The notes beneath the pieces are model-generated. The model saw only the letters and a program-made list of their open reading frames with translations, had not been told where the DNA came from and ran no database searches. A stretch of DNA of 63,529 bases, the filler included, from Vannella sp. (taxonomy: Eukaryota), in NCBI GenBank assembly GCA_023345925.1. It is 8 parts of 8 records of this genome, joined end to end, with 100 filler letters (N's around TTAATTAATTAA, not from the genome) between each part and the next. Parts side by side here need not be neighbours in the genome. Positions count along the whole stretch, not along the records: positions 6,291 to 14,345 come from JAJQQN010001150.1; positions 14,446 to 22,983 come from JAJQQN010000348.1; 6 more parts are not named here. The stretch is one strand, 5' to 3'. Both the position numbers and the translations under genes were made by a program. Below, in pieces: positions 11,050-19,748 of this stretch (position 1 is the first letter of the stretch; each line of letters starts with the position of its first letter).

Positions 11050-11646
11050 CAAACAATGACCCCAAATCACCAAATAATGCTTTCAAATCGGTCACGGAGA
11101 GGCATAGCAATATATACGGGGGTTTTTGTCCGTCCTCAATTGATGGCCGAAAAGTTCAAAAATACCCGCTAGAATATTACTATTAATCGGAAGCTCAGAA
11201 AGGGGTCCCATTAGCCAGTCCCTCCAGTAGTTTTCGGAAAGAGAACGGTCGCAGATGGAGCCTGCGGTTGCTCTGGTTTCTTCTTTCCGCAGGCTCCATC
11301 TGCAAGCCACCAACAAATGACCCCCATAGCAAAATATACTGTCTGATCTTCTAACTCGCAACTGATCCAAGTTCACTCTGGCAACCTGTTGAACCTGTTG
11401 GAATACATCAATCATGGCGTAAAGCTTCAAGACCCCAGCGTCCCAGAGGAGAAGACGCCTCCTTGGGAGTCGATGACTAACTAAGGAGTTAAGCCGGAGG
11501 ATGGGACAAGAGGGCATCCAGGCTACACCGCCCTCTTACCGACTCTCGTGGAAGAGCTCTCTGAAGGACCTCTTCGGTAGCCGAGGCCCATGTGCCCTTT
11601 GGAGTTGTCGCATCTCCAGTCACTTTAAACAACTCTGATATCTTTA

Positions 11647-14345
11647 GGGACTGGCTATGCGCACACCCTTTTTTGGCTATGCGCACACCCTGCCCCAAAA
11701 TCTCCAGAATGTGATGGCGTCACTTTCAATGTGTTTATTAAATAAATACGCATTCTTTATGAGCGATGGAGTGGATGCAGCTCATTTCTTCGTCGGTCGC
11801 TCCCGATGATTGTCTCTGAATTGTACGCCCTCGACTGGTCCTCAGAGCCTCTTGGATATGAGATCGTCTCTGGATACAGCAAACAGTGACAATGAGAGTA
11901 TTATGACAGCACCACCTTTTGGCTTCCCCGATAATCAATTTGCGCACTTCACTGCATCTCGCTCCTGAAGAAGCTGGAATGAAATGGTCCTCAAAAGGAG
12001 ACCATTCCACACGTATCCCTTCCTCCTGTGGAACTGCTCGGCTGTGAGAGGGATCACAAGATCTCTGGACATACCTCATTCACCCAAATAGTCCTTTGTG
12101 GGACCACTTTCATTGTCAGGGAGAAAAGTAATGTCTGGGCTGCTGTTTGACATGACTTGTACGTATCAGTCATGATTGTATTGTTTTCCATCGTTTACTG
12201 CGAATCTTCTTCTGAGACCTCAAGGGGACTCTCTGGAGAGTTTTGTTTAGGGCAGGTTTTCCTGTTATGCCCGAACGCCCGGCAAATACCGCATCTACGT
12301 TGTTGAGATAGATTTCTGTCGTCTGCTGCCTCAAATGCGGAGGGGTCTCGGCGGGTAGAATTATTCCTGGCACCTGCAGGTCGGCCTCGAGTGCGGACCA
12401 CTAGTGGACTAATAGCTAAATCTATGGGAGGCGACATTAAAACTTCATCAATCCTTTTGATCAATGTTTGAGCTTGATAGTGACTCTGATTTGCGATGTT
12501 ATGAACCCATTCTTGCGCTTTTTGTTGAACTTGCTCAAGAGGAAATGCAATTTCTGCGTCCAGCATATCCATGCTAAGGTGCCATTGAGGGTGAAGTTCT
12601 TTTGGCAAGAGTTTCCCATCTTCTTCCAGCAGTTCCTGAATTCTGTGAGTGCATGGAATCCCGGAAGATAGGGTGAACATTCCTGTGCATGCACTAACAG
12701 GGGATCCAGCCAAAGAGTTTCTCGCATGAATCAATTGCTTTTCCAATTCCTTCAGAGCATGATGTGAAATAACGTTCTGAAGCCTGCTGAAAACTCCAGT
12801 AGAACCAGAAATGCGAAGCGAATTGATAGACTCATAAAGCCTTTGCTGCTCTACTTCCTTGTAATTCATTTCGGTGGTCTGGTTGATGCATTGAAACAGA
12901 GTGAGCAAATTTCCTCGGCTGCTACCTAGATTCCTTTTCAAAGTTGAGTGAGAGCCTTCAACCCTCTGAGTGGTTGTGTTCCCAAAGTGCGGAAAAGACA
13001 TCGTCCACGCTCTTGCGATTCTTTTTTTTTGGGCGATCCAAGTAGACGTGAGATACTGAATAAAAACAGAACCAATTCCAAAATCGGATTGCATTTGAGT
13101 CCATGACTTTTCAAACTCTTCAGGAGATACGGAGTTTAAAACCACTGTCCATCGACGTAAGACTTCATCTGCATCCTCGCGCTTTGTAAAGCACTTATTT
13201 GCATGAATCAAGACGTTTTTGTTGACATGCCATGTGCAAAGTAGATTTGTAGCAGCAGGGAATGTTTTTTCAAGTGCTAGCATCAAAGAGAGATCATTGT
13301 CAGTCACAAAGACTGTGGGAGCAGCATCGCCATTTCTTCCCAGAAAAGCCTTGAAGTTAGAGATGACCCATAAATAGTCCATTTCGGACTCAGAGGAAAC
13401 CAGAGCAAATGCAGAGTAGAATGTCTGGAATGTGTTGGTTATTCCAACTATACTGATCAAAGGAAGTTTGAACGAATTCGTCTTGTACGTTGCATCAATC
13501 ATGAACGTCGTTGGAAATCTCGCACTCAGTCTCATTCCCTGATTGTGGGCAAACATGAGTTGGGTTAGACGACCACTAGAATTGATTGTTGATGCCATTT
13601 GATAGGGCCCTTCGTTGATCAAGTCAACTAAAGCCTGGGTAGGTGATCTTCCAGCCAGCATCTCCTTCCGCTGCCTCTGCTTACGATTACCCACGTCCTT
13701 TCTTGTTATGAGGGCTTCTGGATCAGATCTCTGGACGATAGAAACAACCTTTCTCGGAGGAATGGCTGCACGATTGAACTCTTCGACTAGATCAGTCTGT
13801 CTCTCGTTCAGCCTCCGCGCATACGGGTGGCCAGACAGATCTTCGTCGGCGTCGTGATTGTGCTCTGGAATTCGAACGTTGCGGGTCCAAGAACCATTCT
13901 TCCATCGAAGAATCAAGGAGAACGGGCAACTGATCTGCCTGGTTGAGCTCTTCCGCTTAAGAAGCAACTCGCGGCGAGGATTCCGATTGCGACCTGAGCC
14001 ACCGCGGTCGCATTGCAGGTAAATGACTCCTGGCTTTGATCTCTGCGTTGTCAAGACGAAGCCGGTCAACTGATACTCGTTCTTCACCTCTCTCAACGCT
14101 TGATCGCGCTCTCCTTCGCCATCTTCTAGTTCCATCAAAGAATAGCCACTAAAACAGCATTTGGAACGGACGATTTGAATTAATTCACGTTCTGCAATAG
14201 CTACCCAAAAAAGTCAGGAAAGTCGGGCCCAAAATTAAGTTGTCCAAATGATGTACAAAACTCTTGAATCAGACTCATTTATAATAAGAACATATTGAAA
14301 CTATAACCATCGAATTCTGCGCGATTTCAGAGTAGGGTGTGCGCA
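11647..14345 (-). mobile_element. Mutator-like (MULE) DNA transposon with imperfect terminal inverted repeats; right end cut by the contig break
   Basis: Left end GGGACTGGCTATGCGCACACCC...; 11680-11745 is an imperfect inverted copy of 14278-14345; encloses a transposase ORF. Confidence 0.85.
12195..14138 (-). CDS. MULE transposase (FAR1-like N-terminus, DDE core, SWIM-like motif, AT-hook, zinc knuckle)
   Basis: IDATYKTN, FVTDND, LCTWH, TTQRVEGSH, GIPCTH, RTRGRP, CGICRAFGHNRKTC; uninterrupted ORF. Confidence 0.92.
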   Translation of the reverse strand: MMELEDGEGERDQALREVKNEYQLTGFVLTTQRSKPGVIYLQCDRGGSGRNRNPRRELLLKRKSSTRQISCPFSLILRWKNGSWTRNVRIPEHNHDADEDLSGHPYARRLNERQTDLVEEFNRAAIPPRKVVSIVQRSDPEALITRKDVGNRKQRQRKEMLAGRSPTQALVDLINEGPYQMASTINSSGRLTQLMFAHNQGMRLSARFPTTFMIDATYKTNSFKLPLISIVGITNTFQTFYSAFALVSSESEMDYLWVISNFKAFLGRNGDAAPTVFVTDNDLSLMLALEKTFPAATNLLCTWHVNKNVLIHANKCFTKREDADEVLRRWTVVLNSVSPEEFEKSWTQMQSDFGIGSVFIQYLTSTWIAQKKRIARAWTMSFPHFGNTTTQRVEGSHSTLKRNLGSSRGNLLTLFQCINQTTEMNYKEVEQQRLYESINSLRISGSTGVFSRLQNVISHHALKELEKQLIHARNSLAGSPVSACTGMFTLSSGIPCTHRIQELLEEDGKLLPKELHPQWHLSMDMLDAEIAFPLEQVQQKAQEWVHNIANQSHYQAQTLIKRIDEVLMSPPIDLAISPLVVRTRGRPAGARNNSTRRDPSAFEAADDRNLSQQRRCGICRAFGHNRKTCPKQNSPESPLEVSEEDSQ

Positions 14346-14652
14346 NNNNNNNNNNNNNNNNNNNNNNNNNNNNNNNNNNNNNNNNNNNNTTAATTAATTA
14401 ANNNNNNNNNNNNNNNNNNNNNNNNNNNNNNNNNNNNNNNNNNNNGGTCATGGCAACATGTTCAAGCTCTGGCAAATTCCCTTAATGCTGGAAGGGGCGC
14501 TTGCCATGACCGGAAGGAGGAAGGAAGAGCCCCCTTGAGCGAATAAAAGGGATTGGCCACTCCACTGGATCAAACGGCACGCGACCTTCACTCCTCCCTC
14601 CCATCCCCTCTACTAAGTGATTGGACATAATAGAAGCGTTTAGAAAGGACGT

Positions 14653-16860
14653 CTATGGCTGAATCAGATCAGCAGCATCTGAAAAGTGAGAAAGCGAGAA
14701 TCTCTTCTTCGCCCTCTTGCTCTTTGGTCGGGCCAGGTCGCTGACTTCTCGTCCATCAAACGACCTCATTGCAGTCAGTGGCAAGCCCCGTCCACTTGTT
14801 TGATGGGTGATGGAGGGTCGGGGAGGAGAAACGACGAGTTCAGCAACGTCTTCTTGCTCCTCTGCAATTGGGAAAGCCTGAAGTGTCTTCCAATTCTGGC
14901 GCTTTCGATAACCAGTTCCAAGCCGTTTGGGACTGAGCAATCTCAGGGGAGAGAAAGTCTTTTGCTTATCCCTCTCTGAAAAGTCCCCTTGAGGAACTGG
15001 TGAAGCCAATGTGGCCGTCGCTGAAGCCAACTTCCGGACGGGAGAAGGAGAAGGAGGCGAGCAAACACTCCGGATAGATCCAAATGAGTTCTTTCGTTGC
15101 GTCTTCCTTAACGAACAGAACTTTTGCACTGAAAGCTCCGCGTGCCACTGGCCAGTCTCTTCGCTTTGCTTCAACTCGACCTTATCTCGAAGTAAAGGAA
15201 GTGCTGGGCTGGACTCTACAAGGGTATTCAAAGCCTTTCGGAATGATCCTTTCCAAGAGATCAACTCAGACTTACTGCGAGGGTAGAAAGAGAACCCGTA
15301 CTTGGGATTGACTAATTGAAGGCAAGGAGCTCCCGTAGCCGTTGTACCGTCCAGTAAGTAAGTGCTTTCGAACCCAAAGTAGTGTTGAATGACAAGGAGT
15401 CCAGCGCGATGACGGCTGCTGGCCTCATCACGGGCCAAAATGATTTGGTCATTGAACATGACGAGCAGGAATCTGGCCGGATCGTCGGCAGTGGGAACCG
15501 CTGCTGGTCCGGGGAATGGTGCCCCATCTCTCGCTAGATAATGACCGTTTGGATGGCCGGAGAGGTGGCCTTGTTTGATCAAATCACGCTGCGTTGCGCT
15601 GAAGAAGTCGGCATATTCCGGCTGGAACAGGGCGGCGGCGGCTTTCATGTGTTTGGCATTCTCACACAAACGGATGGCTTCATCAACAGCCACGTTCATA
15701 CTGATAACAAGCTGCTGGGCGTCACTGACTTGCTCAAGAACATCCGCAGCTTCTTCGTCATTAGACAAGTACTTGTGGATGGCTTGCAGCAGGATTTGGT
15801 ATCGTGGGAGACGTTGAACAGGGAGGATGAGCGAGTCATACAGATTGAGGACTTGCTGGCGCTGAGTGGCCCGTAAGAAGTCATGAAACTTGCTTTCCGG
15901 ACTGTCGGCAGCTAATAAAGCTGTGTGGGCTGCTTCGTACCCGCAACAATAGGCTTTGTAAGCTTCTACTGAGGACGGTAAGATGTCTTGGAAGCGACTC
16001 GCCATAAGACTGGCAGCATCTCGAAGACATTCGCTGGTAAATGGAGAATGAGAAGTCTCTTGAGCCTCCAACGGCATCTCAATCTCTCGTAACGCCATCA
16101 TCAGGTTCTGTGAGTGAATCAAGACATCCCCAGAGTTACTAAAGATAGCAGCCAACTGTTTGGGAGGCACCAGAGGCTGAGCGCCGAACAGAAAGACACT
16201 TTGCATCTGCAAAAGACTCTTCCAGTAAGTCACTTCGGTCGTATACACTTCTCGTAAGGCTTCCCGGAGCTTAGCAATACGCTCTTTCTCTTGTGATTGC
16301 CGAAGGAGCTGTCCAGGCGACGTAACAGGCTTCTTCTTGCGACGAGAAACCACTAAAGGGGAGCCCGCAGGCTTGGCGAGCTCTTTGTGGGCTGTGAGCT
16401 TCTGGCGCTTGGCTGGAGAAGAGGTTCTTTTGTTGGTATCCTCCAAAGGTTCGTCCTCCCATTCGTCTGAAGGGGAGCGCTTGCGCTTCCCCGTAGGAGA
16501 AGGGACAACGAGAGGGGCGAACTCTTCCTCGAGTGGACCAAGTGTCTGGCGTCTCCGTTTGCGGTTCTGAGGGGCTGTGGTGACACTAAGGAGTCCTCCT
16601 TCTGCTGAGAGAGGCCGAGGACTGCGAGATGGCGGGAGAGGACGAACAGAAACTCCTTCTTTGAGGTCACCCCAGCTGCTCTCGTCCTCGCTCTCGTCTT
16701 GAACGAACCGTATAGGCTTGGCATTCGGCGCGTTGTTCTCCTGATCAAGGTCCTGCCAATGACTAACGAGCGTCTTCACTCTACGGCTCGAAGAGAGTTG
16801 CAGAAGAGAGGGTCTTGGCATCCTCCCTTGCCTCGACGTTGGCGCTGTCCCCAACTCCAT
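14653..16860 (-). CDS. DH-PH RhoGEF with basic, SP-rich termini
   Basis: DH motifs EVYTTEVTYWKSL and LILPVQRLPRYQILL; PH-like LLVMFNDQIILAR. Confidence 0.88.
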   Translation of the reverse strand: MELGTAPTSRQGRMPRPSLLQLSSSRRVKTLVSHWQDLDQENNAPNAKPIRFVQDESEDESSWGDLKEGVSVRPLPPSRSPRPLSAEGGLLSVTTAPQNRKRRRQTLGPLEEEFAPLVVPSPTGKRKRSPSDEWEDEPLEDTNKRTSSPAKRQKLTAHKELAKPAGSPLVVSRRKKKPVTSPGQLLRQSQEKERIAKLREALREVYTTEVTYWKSLLQMQSVFLFGAQPLVPPKQLAAIFSNSGDVLIHSQNLMMALREIEMPLEAQETSHSPFTSECLRDAASLMASRFQDILPSSVEAYKAYCCGYEAAHTALLAADSPESKFHDFLRATQRQQVLNLYDSLILPVQRLPRYQILLQAIHKYLSNDEEAADVLEQVSDAQQLVISMNVAVDEAIRLCENAKHMKAAAALFQPEYADFFSATQRDLIKQGHLSGHPNGHYLARDGAPFPGPAAVPTADDPARFLLVMFNDQIILARDEASSRHRAGLLVIQHYFGFESTYLLDGTTATGAPCLQLVNPKYGFSFYPRSKSELISWKGSFRKALNTLVESSPALPLLRDKVELKQSEETGQWHAELSVQKFCSLRKTQRKNSFGSIRSVCSPPSPSPVRKLASATATLASPVPQGDFSERDKQKTFSPLRLLSPKRLGTGYRKRQNWKTLQAFPIAEEQEDVAELVVSPPRPSITHQTSGRGLPLTAMRSFDGREVSDLARPKSKRAKKRFSLSHFSDAADLIQP

Positions 16861-17005
16861 CAAGCCACCAAATAGCTCCTCCCTTCAGCAGTCCGTTGTG
16901 GCAGCTTCCCGCGCATTCTGAAGGTTTCTGACTTTTTGGCGGGAAAATGATTTTGTCCGTTGGTTCCTGATTGGGCGGGAGGGAGGCCAGTTTCTAGTCT
17001 TCTTC
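16861..17005. promoter_or_regulatory. 145-bp bidirectional promoter with E2F-like sites and a CCAAT/GC box
   Basis: TTCCCGCGC at 16906, TTTTGGCGGGAAA at 16934-16946, GATTGGGCGGGA at 16969-16980. Confidence 0.65.
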
Positions 17006-19594
17006 ATGCCGCAGACTCGTCGTGTTGTCAAGACAGCGCCAGTGGAGGCTCCAGTCACTCCTCGGAGCTCTAGACCCTCAGCGAGGGCGAGTGAAGTTGT
17101 CGGGGGTGAACCCATCGAGATCTTCTTGCGGTTGCGCCCGCTGACGAAGGAGGAGTCTTCTGATGGTGAAGAAGCAGCCATTCAAGCAACGAGCGAGTCC
17201 TCAGTGGCTATCAAGAAAGACGGGAAGGAGCAGCGCTTCGGGTTCTCGCATGTCTTTGGCTCAGAGAGCACCCAAACGGCCGTATTCGAACGTGTTGCGA
17301 AGCCAGAAGTGGCTCGCCTCTTCGAGAAGGGCAAGAACAGCCTCCTTGTCGCGTATGGTTGCAGCGGAACCGGAAAGAGTCACACCGTCCACGGGTCTTC
17401 CACTGAAGGCGGCCTCCTCCATCACATTCTAACGAATCTGTTCGATCTCATCACTGCAGATACTGACTCTGGACGTGACCACGTGGTCTTCTTGTCCTAC
17501 ATCGAGATCTACAACGAGAAAATCTTCAACCTCTTCGGTCCCACCGCCACTTCTGAGGACAGGCCAGCGCTGAAGGTCAAGCTGGACAAGTACAAGAAGC
17601 CTGTCATTGACAAGCTCTTCGAACTACCCATTAAGGATGTCCAATCAGCCCAAGAGGCCCTAGAGAAAGCCAATATGGCTCGTCAGTGTGGAGCAACCAA
17701 GATGAATGAGACTTCCTCCCGCTCCCACGCCCTTTTGACTATCAAGCTAGCGAGTATGAAGTCTGGTATCACCAGAAGAGAGCTCATTGCGGACCCCGAG
17801 AAGCACCTTCACGTGAGAAAGCTGACGATCGTGGACATGGCGGGGAACGAGCGAGCCAAACGTACTCAAGCGGACGGTGCGCGCTTGAGAGAGGCTTCAG
17901 CGATCAACTCCTCGCTAATGACATTCCGCCACTGCATTGAGGCCCTCAAAGCGAACCAGGTTCCTGTCGGAGGGACTCGGCCTTCTGCTACCCCTGCCAT
18001 TGTGCCCTTCAGGGACTCGAAGTTGACCACTTTGTTGAAAGAGTACTTGGCAGGTGGTGGTGGGAAGACCTCTCTGATTGTCTGTGCCTCTCCTGCACTC
18101 TCAGACTTTGACGAAACTCTCGGTAACCTCAAGTTTAGTGCTATTGCTCGCGAGGTCATCACTTTACCTGCTCCTGTGGCACCTGTACGTGAAAGACAAC
18201 CTTCTGCCACAGCCACAAGCACTCGAACACCCTCATCCCAGCTTCCCACGCCTCAATCCCGGAAGGCACTTGGACCAACTCAACAGCAATCTGCTGAAAT
18301 GGAGAGCCGCCTTCGTTATGAGCTTGCTGAGGAGTTCTCTAGTCAGCTTGGCCTACTTCAAGAGACTCTGACACGCCGAGCAGTGGAAGAACGAGAAGTT
18401 CTGTTGTCCCTCAAGGAAGCTGACCACATTGCTGAGCTTTCCATTCTCGCTCAGATGAACCAGCTGTATCAGGAGCAAGTTGCACAGGTTCTTGATGCTC
18501 CTACGCAGTCGGTAACCCAATCAGCACCCCCGAGTACCACACAGGAGCTAGAAACAGAGAAGCGCCGCGCCTTGCTACTCCAAATGGCCCTCAACAGCAA
18601 GGCTGCTGAGGGAGAAGCACTTGCTGAGCAGGTGGCACAACTAGAGAATCGCATTGCGCAACTCCAAGGCGCTCATTCGCACGAAACCGCCTCGCAGGCC
18701 ATCGACCAAGAGGACTTGACCGTTCGTCTGGCAGAGGCAAAGCGGCTCCAGGTCCAATGGAAAGGCCAATGTGATAGCCTTGAAGAGACGAATCAACACC
18801 TGAACGACCAACTGGCTGACCTTCGCGTACTCTTGGCACACCAGCGCGAAGAGATTCACAATATGACCAAGGAAACTGCCATCGCACAGCCTTCTACACC
18901 CACACAGTCCTCCTCTCATGGTAGCAGCACTCCTTCACGTACTTTCTCACGTGTCAGGGGACTGTTAACACCGAATGGGTCCAGCAAAAGCAGCAAAGCA
19001 GCTCCTTCGGCTCGTGGCATTCCAACTACTCTGGTCCACAATGACAGCTCTGGCAATGTGAGCACGTGGCATGGAAACGTCAACCCCTCGTTGACTGGTA
19101 ATGGCGTCAGTGTGCTGTTTGAGAACGTAGAGCAGGTCAAACGCACCCGCGCCTCTGCCTATCTCGGTCGTGCTGCAGACGATGAAGTGAAACACACGAC
19201 ACAGCATGCTCTACCTCTTACTACCATCAAGGCCGACATCCTCCCTCCATCAGAGAAGGAGGAATCAGAAGAATCAGAAGAGGAAGTCGTTCCCGTTAAG
19301 CCTTCCTCCACACGAGCCACTCGTTCAGCTAAGACGAAGCCAACAAAGACGAAAGCGCCCACGAAGAAAGCGAAAGAAGCCGCGCTAGACCCCGAGAACA
19401 TCCCCAACGGAGTCAAACCTTCTCTGCGGAAGCGCCCTCGGCCAGAAGCAGAGGTGGAGGTTGTTCCTAAGAAGAAGCCTCGTCTAGCTGCTTCAAAGAA
19501 GGTTGCAGAACCGACCAAGACTGCACCAACCCCCGCCACAACAAGCCGAACCACTCGGAGTGGCTTGCGCGCCCCGTCCACTCGACTCCGTTGA
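17006..19594 (+). CDS. Kinesin-6 family motor (MKLP1/KIF23, Dictyostelium Kif12-like)
   Basis: P-loop GCSGTGKS; SSRSH; DMAGNER; RLREASAINSSLMT..CIEALKANQ..VPFRDSKLT; MKLP1-type tail GNVNPSLTGNGVSVLFENVEQV. Confidence 0.88.
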   Translation: MPQTRRVVKTAPVEAPVTPRSSRPSARASEVVGGEPIEIFLRLRPLTKEESSDGEEAAIQATSESSVAIKKDGKEQRFGFSHVFGSESTQTAVFERVAKPEVARLFEKGKNSLLVAYGCSGTGKSHTVHGSSTEGGLLHHILTNLFDLITADTDSGRDHVVFLSYIEIYNEKIFNLFGPTATSEDRPALKVKLDKYKKPVIDKLFELPIKDVQSAQEALEKANMARQCGATKMNETSSRSHALLTIKLASMKSGITRRELIADPEKHLHVRKLTIVDMAGNERAKRTQADGARLREASAINSSLMTFRHCIEALKANQVPVGGTRPSATPAIVPFRDSKLTTLLKEYLAGGGGKTSLIVCASPALSDFDETLGNLKFSAIAREVITLPAPVAPVRERQPSATATSTRTPSSQLPTPQSRKALGPTQQQSAEMESRLRYELAEEFSSQLGLLQETLTRRAVEEREVLLSLKEADHIAELSILAQMNQLYQEQVAQVLDAPTQSVTQSAPPSTTQELETEKRRALLLQMALNSKAAEGEALAEQVAQLENRIAQLQGAHSHETASQAIDQEDLTVRLAEAKRLQVQWKGQCDSLEETNQHLNDQLADLRVLLAHQREEIHNMTKETAIAQPSTPTQSSSHGSSTPSRTFSRVRGLLTPNGSSKSSKAAPSARGIPTTLVHNDSSGNVSTWHGNVNPSLTGNGVSVLFENVEQVKRTRASAYLGRAADDEVKHTTQHALPLTTIKADILPPSEKEESEESEEEVVPVKPSSTRATRSAKTKPTKTKAPTKKAKEAALDPENIPNGVKPSLRKRPRPEAEVEVVPKKKPRLAASKKVAEPTKTAPTPATTSRTTRSGLRAPSTRLR

Positions 19595-19748
19595 CGAGAG
19601 GAACCCCTTTTATGTACCAATAGACAACCTTCTGTTCCCCCCTTGCTCTTATCTCACAATAGCCTCCAAACCAGTCCAGTGATGACCAAGAGCAAGTCCC
19701 CAACAAAAAATGACAAAAACGTACCAGATCCCGTCAAATCGCTGTTTT

